64,000 nt of DNA, from assembly GCA_963514005.1 (NCBI GenBank), contig OY740812.1, positions 21,452,001-21,516,000 of the forward strand, given 5' to 3'. The DNA comes from Raja brachyura (Eukaryota). This document shows, piece by piece, positions 1 through 12,145 of this stretch. How positions within the stretch are numbered: the first letter of the stretch is position 1; each line of letters starts with the position of its first letter. The position numbers and the translations under genes are program-made. Below the pieces are notes generated by a model. The model was not told where the DNA came from. It made no database searches and was given only the letters and a program-made list of their open reading frames with translations.

Positions 1-229
1 GTTGGAGGAATTCAGCATGATTAGGAACAGCATCTCATATTTTGCTTGAGCAGCATACAACCCAATGGTATGAATATTGATGATCTAACTTCAAGTAACC
101 CCTGCAATCCCTCTCTCTCCATCCCTCCCCCACCAAGTCACACCAGGTTCACATACTCACCTAGTAAACAGTTAACAATGGCCTGTTTACTTTATCATCA
201 TTACTTTTTTTACATATATTTCATTCATT
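1..229 (+). mobile_element. Penelope-like element (PLE) 3' fragment: degenerate GIY-YIG endonuclease C-terminus plus 3' region
   Basis: Translates EQHLIFCLSSIQPNGMNID, matching the typical PLE endonuclease end; the same block recurs at ~51570 (+) and ~32830 (-), where it leads into the hammerhead tail. The tail resumes at ~600-626 after a CR1 insertion. Confidence 0.7.
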
Positions 230-600
230 TAGAAACATAGACATATAGAAACATAGAAAATAGGTGCAGGAGGAGGCCATTCGGCCCTTCGAGCCAGCAC
301 CGCCATTCATTGTGATCATGGTTGATCGTCCGATATCAATAACCCGTGCCTGCCTTCTCCCCATATCCCTTGACTCCACTAGCCCCTAGAGCTCTATCCA
401 ACTCTCTCTTAAATCCATCCAGTGATTTGGCCTCCACTGCCCTCTGTGGCAGGGAATTCCATAAATTCACAACTCTCTGGGTAAAAAAGTTTTTTCTCAC
501 CTCAGTCTTAAATGACCTCCCCTTTATTCTATGCAGGGGAGGTCATAGAATAACCTATGGCCCCTGGATCTGGACTCACCCAACATTGGGAACATGTTTC
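230..600 (-). mobile_element. CR1/HER1-like LINE 3' end, nested in the PLE fragment
   Basis: Reverse strand ends in tandem TTCTATGT-type octamers (agaaacatag repeats) after the ggccattcggccc motif; homologous to other CR1 tails in the window. Confidence 0.75.
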
Positions 601-1273
601 CTTACTCCAGCATTTTGTGTCTATCCATGATTTAGAAATATTTATTGATTGCATCATAGCATTTGTCAAATTTGTAAGCAGTACTGAGACTTTGTTCTGT
701 GCCTTTCTTGCATGACAAATAATATTACTTATTGGGCGTATCTTTCATATACACATCTCAGTTCTTTAGTACCAGCGTGTATTAACTTATTGCCAGACAC
801 CCACGCTGTTAAAGCAAAATGCATAACAACATGTGTGTGGCATATCCAATACATACAACAGGTCGGATTGGGGTGGACCTGTAATTCAGCATGCAACCTT
901 TCCTTCTTTGTGCAGTGCCTTTATCAGTTACACAACAGATTCATTTTCAATTCGCATGCGGAATGTGTGTTTCACTATATCAATCAGTGATAGAAAAAGC
1001 ATAGAAATATTCAAGCTTCACATTTTTAAAACGTCATAAATTATATCATAATAAATGTTATTTAATTCAAGTCAATTTAGATATGGTTGAATTACTTCAG
1101 TGGCTAATAATGCAATGCTTGTGACAAGGTTATTTAAAATGGATTTTCACTTCAGGAAGCCTATTCACAAATAACAACGTTTTTAAAAAAGAACCTGCAA
1201 AGTCTGCAACTCTGAAATTAAATATTAAAAGCTCCGGGACCTTTCATCAGAGTTGCCCTAGAATCATCAAGTC

Positions 1274-1455
1274 CAAAACACAAATTGCTGGAGAAACTTA
1301 GCAGGTCAGGCAGCATCTGTGAGGGAATGGGCAGATGACATTTCGGGTTGGACCCGTTTTCAGACTCCAGAATTTAAACTAGTCTGAAGAAGTCCCAACA
1401 CAAAACATCGCCCGTGCAATCCCTCCAGAGATGCTGCCTAACTCGCTGAGTTTTG
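1274..1455. mobile_element. Inverted (head-to-head) pair of PLE tail repeats with degenerate hammerhead cores
   Basis: Left arm ...gatgacatttcgggttggacccgttttcagact mirrors right arm agtctgaagaagtcccaac...gagatgctgcct across a 14-nt spacer. Confidence 0.7.
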
Positions 1456-1524
1456 CTAAAGTTCCCAGCATCTACAACCTGTTATGTTCCCTCATCCTCA
1501 AGTCCACCTCTATTAATAAATAGA

Positions 1525-1602
1525 ATCCCAACGCGAAACGCCACCTATCCATGTTCTCCATGGATGCTGCTTGACCGGCTGAGTTACTCCGGCACTTTGT
1601 GC
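1525..1602 (+). mobile_element. PLE tail repeat fragment
   Basis: cgaaacgccacctatccatgttctcc...gatgctgc...gagttactccggcactttgtg; same family as the other tails. Confidence 0.65.
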
Positions 1603-2595
1603 CTGTTTATTATTTTCATAAATAAAGCTGCACTTTGCAATTCTACCAAGAAGAAACACTGGGTGGCACCATTGTACATTGAATTATACCTTGTCAGCCA
1701 GAGAAACTGGTTAAGAAATTGGTTGTCTTGGGCGCTTGGCTCAGTCGTTTAGTAAAATAGTTATTTAATTGAAATATGATCAATGCGTCGTGTCCCGTTT
1801 CACACCTACAGCAAACGTGTGTTATTAAAATAAATTTAGTGTCAATCATTTGAGAATTCAATATTCTCCCTGCTTATTTTCCATGTGTTTCAACGTCGGT
1901 ATGAGACAATTTTAACTACATTTGTTATTGTGGGTTTCACAACAAGTATACCGATTGAATCCCATTGCGTCCCCACCACACATAAGGATAGCAAAATCAG
2001 CTCCTTCTCCCCCATTTTATTTAGTAAACATTCTTGCCTGAGTCAGAAGGGTGACTCGAAATAGTGGATCAGTAAAATCCAGGCTGGGAATTTGCTGATC
2101 TATGTTTGAGGTGCTCTCTTTTGGGTGAGAGATGACCTAGAAATTCCTAACTCGCTGACTGTCATAAATATGTTAGAAACTGTGTGTTCTAATTGTTGAC
2201 TGCTTTTAAGCCGATAGCATTGAACATATTCGTCGTTAGAATCGGAAATGAATTAAAATATTGTTTAAAATATCGCATCTGCCATTTTGGAGATATTACG
2301 TCCACTATTTATGTGGGGTTTGGAGAGTTAGCCTAAGTATAGTGGCCGTGTTTTAACAATGAATGAACTTGCTATTTAATGAGTATAACGTTGAAGTAGG
2401 TCATATTATTACGTTGCCGCCTGCAGGAGCTAACTGTGAAAATTGGCTGTGGTGTTTTCCATTTTCAGTTCAAAAACTGCGTCCTTGATTGTAAACTTAT
2501 TGAAGTGTCCCGTGATAGTTAAGGACGTTATCTGATGTCAGGGCTTCGCCTCTTTGCGGCGATTTATTAAAGAATGTCACAGACAATAAATAGGA

Positions 2596-2715
2596 TAGAC
2601 ACAAAATGCTGGAGTGACTCAGCGAGACTGGAGAGAAGGGATGGGTGACGTTTCGGGCCGAGACCCTTCTTCAGTTTCTATCTTCGGTGTAAACCAGTAT
2701 CTGCAGGTCCTTCCT
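2596..2715 (-). mobile_element. PLE tail repeat with intact hammerhead core (2644-2674)
   Basis: Reverse complement reads CTGAAGA-A-GGGT-CTCG-GCCC-GAAA-CG-TC-ACCC. Confidence 0.7.
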
Positions 2716-3767
2716 TAGACAATAAATAGGGACTGGTTTGGAGAGAGAATGCATCTGAGAGTCGCTGGCTTGAATTGTCCATAATTGTTGTCTGCCTACC
2801 TTACTCAGTAAGCCTGGAATAGCATCAATAAGTAACACGCAAACATTGACAGCAAACATGCCCTTCCTCGACACATTCAGGTAAAATTACGAGACATTGC
2901 CCTAAATTAATGTAAAGCATGTCATTAAGTTGTATGTAAAATATTCCAGGGTATATATTGTGATTTGTAGTATTTGCTAGTTTTCCTGATCTATTATTGA
3001 GTCTAATGGGCCAGTTAAAAAATGGTCGAATGATGGACATACAACAATAGGGACTCAGTTACATTTCTCCAGTTTTCAAACTTATTCATGTTCCTCCACT
3101 ATGTTTTCTGGACCCTCTTGAAAGGTGTAAAAAAAACCTGCCGACGGTCTGTATTCTCTTTTTTTCTGGCGTGTCAGGTAAACAATTAGTCACCGTGACG
3201 GCGAGTCAACAGTAACTCGGCGCCTGTCGCTGGTGTAACTCCGCGGGGGTGAATTTGTGGAGAGCTGGCGGCTGTCCGTGACTCACACACACAGCCTCTC
3301 AGCTTCCTCGCTGCTCCTGGGCGCGCGGTGGGAAGGGTGTTTCGCAAAAGGTGGAGACAGCATTGTTTTTTTTGTGTGTGTCAGGCGTCTGCGATCGTGG
3401 AGAAACCGGCAGCGCAGGTTAGACCACACCTAACTAACTCCCAGCAACCAAAACACTCTGATGCATTGCTGGAGGTGGATTGGAAGTTATTTAGAAGTTT
3501 GGTAATCTTGCAAGTAAAAAAAAGAATATAAGTGTACATTATAGCATAAAGGTACACGTAAGCGATGCACTGATTATAGATTAAATGGGTATAAATATCG
3601 CAACCCGTCCAAAATTGCATTGATTTTAAAGGAAGACAATATTACAACAGAAAAAATAAATAAAAAATATATAGATTCTAAACCAGTATCGAGTTCGAAT
3701 CCCATCTCAGCCACTCGGCCAGGAGTTTAGCGCAAAGTTTGAGATGACTCCAAACTCTAGAGATAAA

Positions 3768-3860
3768 TCTGAAGAAGGGTCTCGACCCGAAATGTCACCC
3801 ATTCCTTCGCTCCAGATATGCTGCCTGTCCCGCTAGTTATTCCATAATTTTGTGTCTATC
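3768..3860 (+). mobile_element. PLE tail repeat with hammerhead core (3769-3800)
   Basis: CTGAAGA-A-GGGT-CTCG-ACCC-GAAA-TG-TC-ACCC followed by the family tail ...gctgcctgtcccgct...ttttgtgtct. Confidence 0.7.
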
Positions 3861-4209
3861 CCTGGAAATATAGCAGTGTAAGGACTAATCGCAGATATTT
3901 CAAATGAGCTGGTGTAATATTCTGCTTCTATTTCCTTTGCAGTCTTTCTAGCGTGCATAGGTTAACAGCAAGAAAGTGGCCGGCATATATATGTTTTAAA
4001 GAAATGAGGGAGTTGCCGACCCGATGGGTTATAAGGAAACGTGTTGGAGCTTGTTCCGAATTCTGTTTTAAATTCTTCAAACCTCTGAAAATGTATGTTT
4101 GGAAGGAGCATCCACCGACAGGCAGACACTTTTAATAGTTGAGGAAGAGTGATAATAGACTTGGCTCCACAAACACGAGCGTGGGAAGTCTGAAAAACTT
4201 GAGGCTGCT

Positions 4210-4275
4210 TCTGCCGGCGACATCGCTGCAACCAATAGGCTTCCTGCATCCACCCTTCTGTTCCTTATAATTAGG
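4210..4275 (+). promoter_or_regulatory. Putative Dlx3 proximal promoter (CCAAT box and TATA-like element)
   Basis: CCAAT at 4232-4236 and TATAATTA at 4266-4273, ~170-210 nt upstream of the ATG, with no ATG between them and the start codon; CpG-rich context. Confidence 0.55.
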
Positions 4276-4439
4276 GGTTTAACCGCGCTGGCTCGTTGGG
4301 TTACATCAGTTTGCCTTGAGTTGCAATTGCTACAAGGATCCCGTCTCTACGGAGCAGAGTGATCCGTGCATAGTCTGAGCTTTAAAGATTAAATCGTCTT
4401 TTGTGTGTGTGTGTGTTAAGTATTTTTGTTTTTGAAAGA

Positions 4440-4773
4440 ATGAGTGGGAGCTATGAGAAAAAGCTGCCGGGTCTTTTGACGGACATTCAGAGTTCGATGG
4501 GCTGTCATCCCGCGAAAGATTCGCCAACTCTTCCAGAGTCTACGGCGACAGATGTTGGTTACTATAACCCGCAGAGCTGTCACCCCCCGCACGACTACTA
4601 CACGACTTCAGCCTATTCCCAACCTGTGAACCATTATCCGTATCACCAGTTTAACCTGAACAATCTTCCGGGGCCTGGCTCTTACTCGGAGAAGCCCGAG
4701 TACGCTTACAACAACTCGTACCGCCAGTATGGCCATTTCCACAGAGATCATCAAGTATCCGCGGCTGAGAGAG
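4440..4773 (+). CDS. dlx3: Distal-less homeobox 3, coding exon 1 (phase 1)
   Basis: [42 protein letters not shown] matches the DLX3 N-terminus (MSGSFDRKL...[18 protein letters not shown]); donor GAG|GTAAGG at 4773/4774. Confidence 0.95.
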
Positions 4774-4988
4774 GTAAGGACTCGTGAATTACCCAGTCGA
4801 CCAGAGAGTTTGTGGGAAGCGTTCTATTTGCAAACGAATTGTTGAATAATGCTGGATTCTCCAAAAGGGTAACGGAAGCGCTTCGTCTATTCAGTGGCCG
4901 GCGAAGAGGCTGCATGTTTACATATGACCAGTCACACCTGATCGGTCATTAAATATTTGAACTGTTAATCAATATATCTACACAACGC

Positions 4989-5055
4989 CACAAAGTGCTG
5001 GAGTACCTCAACAGGTCAGGTAGCCTGACCCGCTGACTGACTCCAGCACTTTGTG
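4989..5055. repeat. 67-nt inverted repeat (PLE-tail derived) in Dlx3 intron 1
   Basis: Arms 4989-5020 and 5024-5055 are complementary at 27 of 32 positions around a 3-nt loop. Confidence 0.85.
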
Positions 5056-5124
5056 TGTTAACCATCATCTGCAGTTCCTTGTTTCTACATATCATCAATA
5101 GAAATCAGGCATAATATTGAACAT

Positions 5125-5215
5125 AGACACAAAATGTTGGAGCAACTCAGCAGGACAGGCAGCATCTCTGGATAGAAGGGATGGGTGACGTTTCGGGTCG
5201 AGACCCTTCTTCAGA
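5125..5215 (-). mobile_element. PLE tail repeat in Dlx3 intron 1, antisense to Dlx3
   Basis: agacacaaaatgttggagcaactcagc...gggtgacgtttcgggtcgagacccttcttcag. Confidence 0.75.
5184..5215 (-). ncRNA. Minimal type I hammerhead ribozyme motif (best-preserved core in the window)
   Basis: CUGAAGA, extra A, stem II GGGU-CUCG-ACCC, GAAA, CG, UC; predicted cleavage between 5187 and 5186. Stem I is truncated to ~1 bp in this copy. Confidence 0.6.
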
Positions 5216-6752
5216 ATATTCAGTAATATTGCACGAGGATTGCAGTACTAGCACAGAGAGGCAAATCGGTAGAATATACACAGTACAATAGCATAGACTC
5301 CAGAGGCGAAGCTATCGATAGTCTGGCGCTGTTATTAATGCACCCAAAGCCTCGCTGCGGGGTATACGGCTCTTTGTCGGGAGATTCCGCTGTAAATGTC
5401 ACACTTCGTTAACTAAAGAATTTGAGTTTTAAGTAAGAAACCACATTTATGTTCACAAGGGCGCCGGTCGAGACAGGAAACGTCAAGTGTTCGATTCTTC
5501 GGCGAAACCAAGATCCCAGGGATAAATGCGAAAATCGCGTGGATTCCATTAGCGAGGACACTATTTATGAAAATGGCAGTTTTGCAGCAATCGGAAGCTG
5601 CAGGAAGTTCAGAGGCGCCATCAATAGATGCCCTGTCAGTTGTATGCGCGCACTGTTTTAATATGGTTATTCCGCGTCGTTTTATCAACGTACAAAGATT
5701 GTTTTTATTTTGCATGGGCGTGGGGAAATGCGGCATTCTTTTTGTAGAGGGAGTCCGACCCAACCCGTGTGGCGAGGTGGAAAAGTGGGTCAGGTATTGC
5801 GTTAGGATCATGGCCGAATTGTAGCTTCTGGTCGGAACGAACTGGCGAACTCTGGTCAGACTCGGTCCTGGCAGGCGAGAATGTGAAGGGTCTTCATGAG
5901 AAACATGGATTGTGGATTACGAGTCCCATTTCCCTACGATTGATAGACTAATTCTCAAAGGGAAAAATGGCGATAAGCAACACAAGATTCGCATATCACG
6001 GTACCTTAATTGGTACACGTGACAATAAAAGACCTTGTGAAACCTTTGAAGATGGCCTCACGAGTCCGAGTGATGCCCCCCCCCCCCCCCCAATAATCTT
6101 TTCAGAATTTTAAAACATTTATACACAAAATTAAAACAATGCAAAACAAATCTTCGGATATTTTCAACGTCATATTAGTGTCATCTTCAACAGTGTTCGC
6201 AATTATCCCTAAGCCAAGCATCCTTGCCACTCTTGTGTCGCTGTTGAGAGGTTTGCGACTTGTTGTTTCTCACTCTGCCAGGATACCATGCTGAGTACCA
6301 TGGGCTCACAACATATGTAAATATATCAAGTTATAAGTGAATCAATACGATTACGCTGAGCATCGATGCAGCGGAATGGAAAACTGGAAATTCCATATTC
6401 AAATGAGAACAATCGCTCGTATCTTATAATATTAATTATTAATTATAATAGTTATTCGCCCTTTCCCTCTGTTTGTAACGTTGCAATGGAAATAATCTTT
6501 GAACTGAGTAGCCGTATGGAAAAATAGCCCAGAGTTTAGAGACAGTATGTTTCTCAATTAGATTAATCAACATGACATCCCTGTCGCCTGAAGGAATCCA
6601 CCAACATATTTTAATTCTCTGTTCCATTTGATTTATTCTGCGTGAAATTAAATCCCTTGCTTAAGGGGAAATGATTTGCTGACTGCAAAACTTCCACCAT
6701 TCTGGGAAATCTTTGTCTTAAAGTTCGTTTTCTTTTTGTTTTTGTGCTGCAG

Positions 6753-6943
6753 TTTCAGTGAAAGAAGAGCCGGATCCCGAAGTGAGGATTGTCAACGGGA
6801 AACCCAAAAAGATTCGAAAACCGCGAACGATCTACTCCAGCTTCCAGCTGGCCGCTTTGCAGAAACGTTTCCAAAAGGCCCAGTATCTGGCGCTACCTGA
6901 GAGAGCGGAGCTTGCGGCTTCCCTGGGACTTACGCAAACACAG
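6753..6943 (+). CDS. dlx3: Distal-less homeobox 3, coding exon 2 (homeodomain N-terminal part)
   Basis: Polypyrimidine tract and CAG at 6750-6752; splicing gives [64 protein letters not shown]; donor CAG|GTAAAA; 334+191 nt = 175 codons. Confidence 0.96.
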
Positions 6944-7267
6944 GTAAAACTCGATAATCTCGCAGTATCGGTGCGCCCACTGCGTTTGAATTTCACCCTG
7001 TGCCCTCAGGCTAAGGCTTGCCCTGGGAAGATGAAGTTAGTATCAGTGTAGATTTAGACTCCACGCCCGTTTTTGTTGTTGGAAAAGCCCTCCCTTTATT
7101 AACCGGGTGTACCAGCTGAGATAATATTCTCTCTTAAATACCTTTAATGTCTTTCTAGGAGGTGTATTCCAACCATTCTACATAATCTCCCATTACTTCT
7201 CCTTTCCCGTTCTTTATTTTTCATAAATCTGCTTTGAGGGTAAATAATATTTCATAATATTATTTTA

Positions 7268-7485
7268 TAGACAATAGACAATGGTTGCAGGTGTAGGCCA
7301 TTTGGCCCTTGGAGCCAGCACCGCCATGCAATGTGATCATGGCTGGTCATCCCCAATCAGTACCCCGTTTCTGCCTTCTCCCCATATCCCCTGATTCTGC
7401 TATTTTTAAGAGCCCTATCTAGCTCCCTCTTGAAAGCATCCAGAGAACCTGCCTCCACCGCCCTCTGAGGCAGAGAATTCCACAG
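7268..7485 (-). mobile_element. CR1-like LINE 3' fragment in Dlx3 intron 2
   Basis: agacaatagacaat tail with a body homologous to 230-470. Confidence 0.7.
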
Positions 7486-8350
7486 ATATTTTCCTTAAAT
7501 ATTTTACTCCCTGTCACTATATGGTTATTTCTACAGTCAACCCTTATCCCTTATCAAACTTCACAAAATAAGTGCCAACTAAATATGGATAATGTAAGAC
7601 TGCAACATTTCAAGTGTGGCGCAAATTCATGAGCAGTGGTGCAGACAACAGGATTAGTGTGTATTCACGTTACCTGATTAATGACAAAATAAGATTCAGC
7701 AAATATTTACATTCATTAAGTTTATGTCCACAGATGGAATTCCCTACATTAATTAAACTCAGTGTATTGCCCACTCCAGTATTTGAACCAGAGTGGCCAT
7801 ACCATCAACACACGTGGCTGGATAGAACTAAGAGTCTCTCAATATCTTTGATGCTCAACCATTTGGAGAATTATATCACTCAAATCAAAATTTGATGTTA
7901 AAATGCACAATCACTTATGACCTGTTTTAGCTGGGAAGTTGTGGCTTACAAACTAATAAACAACCTTCTCAGTTGGAAAACATTAGAAATATAGGTGACA
8001 TTGGAGCAAAATATTTCAGCTCAAAGTATTTCAAAGGCTCCTGCAAAATGTCTTCTTAGTTGTTTAAGATAGACTGCCATGGATTACTTAAAGGGCATCC
8101 ATGAAATATAAAGCAACTCAATTGAGTAGGATTTTCACAATTTAGAAGTTTACCTATGTTTACTGCTACAATGACCAGCAAAAGGAATTAGTTAATTGCA
8201 CTGAAATAATCCCTACAATAATTGCTGTGGTGTGCATAATTCCAAGAGATTAATTTATAATGGTATCTCTCGCTACTTATTTATGTGCTTATTCGTTCAT
8301 GTTCTTAGTACTTGCCAATTGTAATTAATTTTTCTTTTCTATCTTTCCAG

Positions 8351-8656
8351 GTGAAAATTTGGTTTCAGAATAGACGATCCAAATTTAAGAAGTTATATAA
8401 AAATGGGGAACTCACAATGGAGCACAGTCCCAACAATAGTGACTCAATGGCATGCAATTCACCTCCTTCTCCAGCTATCTGGGAAAGTCATAGTACAACT
8501 CGGAATCCCCTCCAGCATCAGAACCCACATCATTCTTCTCAGAACTACCTGGAAGACTTCAATCACTGGTACCCAACACACCCTTCAGACTCTCACTTAT
8601 CAGCAACAAATTCACTGCACCAGCCCTCAGCTCAGAGTACTGGAGCAGTCTATTAA
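8351..8656 (+). CDS. dlx3: Distal-less homeobox 3, coding exon 3
   Basis: Acceptor tttccag|GTG; [39 protein letters not shown] and a terminal GAVY* are diagnostic of DLX3. Confidence 0.96.
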   Translation: MKIWFQNRRSKFKKLYKNGELTMEHSPNNSDSMACNSPPSPAIWESHSTTRNPLQHQNPHHSSQNYLEDFNHWYPTHPSDSHLSATNSLHQPSAQSTGAVY

Positions 8657-9304
8657 AACTTTTATTTTAACTTCAAAAACTTTGAACATTTTGCCTTTTA
8701 CTTTTTTTGGAATGCCAACGTCAACTTACTTGTCTCCAAGGCCTTTTAACACTAGGGGTGAAAGTTCCTTAAAGAATGAATAAATAACATTCAACACCCA
8801 TACTTCATGAAGAATCGGTGTGGAAATGAATTGGTCAGCAGCATAACTCACTCAATTACAGACACCTTTTGCACGTGTAGTGATGCACATCAGTTGTAAA
8901 TAATATCAAAAACTGTATATCAGGAAGAAAAAATCTGAGCATTTTGTAAGTGTTTGTTGTCAGATGGTTATTGCATACCAAACTGATTTTCCCAATTTCA
9001 GTAACAAATAATATTCTACATTCTTTGCCTAAGTTTTCTTATGTTATTTAAGGGGTTTTTTTGGTTTATTGGAGTGGTTAAATTATTACTGCCTGTATAT
9101 TATTAGATTAGCAGTCAGTTTGTTTAATGTAGCAGATATAAGGTATCAATTTGAATTATGTCCAATGCAGTATGATAAAACAACATGGAATTTACCGTAA
9201 AATAGAAACTCAATTTGCAAGAGAAAATATGATGGAATACAAATTTTCTGACAAATAACAGGAACTGTATTTATGATATTCTGTCTAAAATTATCTTTTT
9301 TTTA

Positions 9305-9310
9305 AATAAA
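9305..9310 (+). terminator. Candidate Dlx3 polyadenylation signal (alternative AATAAA at 8779-8784)
   Basis: AATAAA at the end of a U-rich 3'UTR-like stretch containing TGTA motifs. Confidence 0.4.
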
Positions 9311-11975
9311 ATGTATATAACATTTTACACATCAATTGTATAATAATAATAATTAAGAAACATCCTTGCGGGTAATTTTCAAGAACATGTATGACACTGC
9401 GAGGAATTCCTCAAAGAGAGCCTACATTTCTTTGGAACAAATTGGCTTGTAATGGAGACTCAGTGGACAATAACCTCTATTGTAACTTATGGTCTGTTTT
9501 GTAATAAAATATTTTAAATGTTTGATGATATTCTTGAGGATAATGTTAATAAAACTAATTGTTCCATGACCTGTTTTACTCACCTTATTTTGAGAAAAGA
9601 GCATCTTATGCCATGAATTACATTGACAAGAATAGTTGCCCAAAACTAAACTGCTACATGAACTCTTAATATTTATGTCATGCCCCATTAAGTCTAAAAG
9701 CCACTATACATCACTAAATATTCATACTTTTGCATGAAGTTGCATTTTATTGAAAGTATCATTTTAGTAGTGTTTACTTTCATCCTGTTTATACTAAATA
9801 ACCTATTTAAAGTGACCCAAAGTTGCACCTGCATTTCACTAAGGACCAGAAACATGCTTGCTGTTAAACTGTGAGGAAAGTTCACCAATTTACATTCTAA
9901 TCCATTTCCTGGATCGTGCTTACTATACAAATTGGAGCAAATGCCGAAAATACAACAAGGAAATGTAACTAGATGAAAAAAAAATCAAGAGCTACGTAAA
10001 AGGTCAGCATGTGGATAGCAAATAGTTAAAAATACACCCATCTCCTGCTATTAAAGGCAGTTTGGTTGGAGGGCTGCGTGCAAAAGCTCTATAGGCGACA
10101 GCGAGGCAGACATTCTGGAGACACTGAGTTGTGTGGAGCAGGATTTTATTAGGCACGACTGCCAGAAAAAAACTGCTCCATCGCCTGGGGTTAATATCGT
10201 GCTAGAATTCACATACCAGCAAGTGCATCAAAGCTGTTGCAATTGCCAGGCTGACTACAACAGGAGCTGCCCGACTTAACCCCTTTCTTACCAAACTCAG
10301 CCTCCGAATACAAATAACACCGCCCGCCTTTACAAAGGCAGGGACCTGTACACCACTTGATTGAAGCGGGGCTGGGATGGAGGAGGGGACGACGGAGCAG
10401 AGGGGGGAAAAAGGTTGTGACTTAAACCAAATGACATGCGTTTTCGAGCAATCCTGCCCCCGTCCTGTTATACCCCATGCATCAGACGAATGTTTAGGGT
10501 GGGAAACCATTTCAAGTATTGTCATTTTCCTCAGGTGATACATAAAGATTGGAAATGCAAATAATTAACTCAGAATCGATTCCGATTTCATTAACAAGAC
10601 GCTACATATATTAAAATGCAAAGACATGCTCTGTACAAGCTTTTACTGTAGTATTTACAACACTCCCATCCGCATATAAACAGGTCGGCGGGTGGTCCAT
10701 TTTATAAGCGTTCTGGGTGTATTTGTATCGGTTTGCACATCTATGCATATAGGTGAACGATGACAATACCTTCCTCGGATCGTGAGTACGTGTAATCCTT
10801 CCAGCGTTCCGGCACACCAACGCGGCGTCCTAACAACAGCTTGCTGTACAAGTCCTCACTTTTTTTTTACTCTAACCGGGATGCTCGTGGATCAGTTGTT
10901 TGTATATCTTGGCGCTCGCAATGAACAAGTCTGCGTAATAGACACGCTAGATTAAATACCGTGGGTGGTAATTAAAATGATATAACGGAATCCTAACAAC
11001 AGTCCCTTCATTGCAGTTGGGATGATGTTTGTGCCTTTTGCAAAGGATACGCCGTAATTCTGCATAATGTGAACCTAAAGCCCCAGAAGCAACGAGAGGC
11101 CAAGAAGATTTAGCGTACAGCGCAGGATGTTCGTGTGTTGGTTTATACAGTCTTATGTTAACTAAACCAGGATGTGGCCAGTCCTCTGTAAGGATAATTT
11201 TAATAAATCCAATGATTCCAATTAATCTAAAAAGAATATTTGCGACCAGTAAAATAATATTTCCACCTCAATGAATGGCTCTGCCACAGTAGACAGTGAC
11301 ACCTGTAAAAAATCATTTGGGAAAGAGAGTTCCCGAATACAGAAGTCTAAATAATTAAATTATATCGCCAGATAAGAACAAAGACCGGTGGTTTCATGGA
11401 AGCCCTGAAATATAAATTAGAAGCAGCAGTTAAAATCACTCGTCATTTATCCGTCCTCTTTATTAAAAAATGCAGACATGACATTTGCATTGTTTCACTG
11501 ACATTGTCCGTTATTATATCGTCTCATTATCCAAGTAACTACACTGTAGGCTTTGTCGTGGATGATTTACAGAAAACTTTCCCCTCTGTGCATGGACGTT
11601 CCTCTCAGATATAGCATGCTTGTGTCAGAATGGTTACAATAAAATACTATAATTTTGTGATTGCATTGTATCAAAGAACTATGGGTGGATATGTCCAGTC
11701 TTGTACGTGGCGGTGTGGATGTAATGTGCGGGAAACAAGCGAACGATGCATTGTGATTAGACGGTGTTACAATTTGATGACTTGTCCTAATTACAAATAT
11801 AAGTATCTCAGGAAGATTGCAATGTTTACAGACGCCCAATGTAGTGTCAAATGCATTCTAGTCGCCACTGCTGTTCGTCCCGAATTGTCCTATAACGAGC
11901 TACATTTTTTAATAAAAGGTATGTGAAATGAAAACTAAAACATTTTGGGGTGTTAAGCAAAAAAAAAAAACCCAA

Positions 11976-12145
11976 ATTGCCGGCGAAACAGCGCGTCAGA
12001 CAGCATCTGTGGGGCGTAAATAGACAGAATACCCTTCTGACCCGTCGACTGTCAATTCCCTCCACAGACGCTGCTTGACTCGCTGAGATTTCCAGCAGTT
12101 TGTTTTTTTTGCTCTAGATTCCAGCATTTGCAGCCTCTTGTGTCG
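11976..12145. mobile_element. Degenerate inverted PLE tail repeat
   Basis: cagcatctgtgg... mirrored by ...ccacagacgctgcttgactcgctgag...ccagca; the hammerhead core is lost. Confidence 0.55.

Noticed and set aside
3690-3720. B-box-like GAGTTCGAATCCC suggesting a tRNA gene
   Set aside because: No A box or cloverleaf upstream. The tRNA-like heads elsewhere belong to V-SINEs.
4401-4439. N-terminal extension of Dlx3 in the ORF track
   Set aside because: Starts at a non-ATG codon in a (TG)n tract; homology places the start at ATG 4440.
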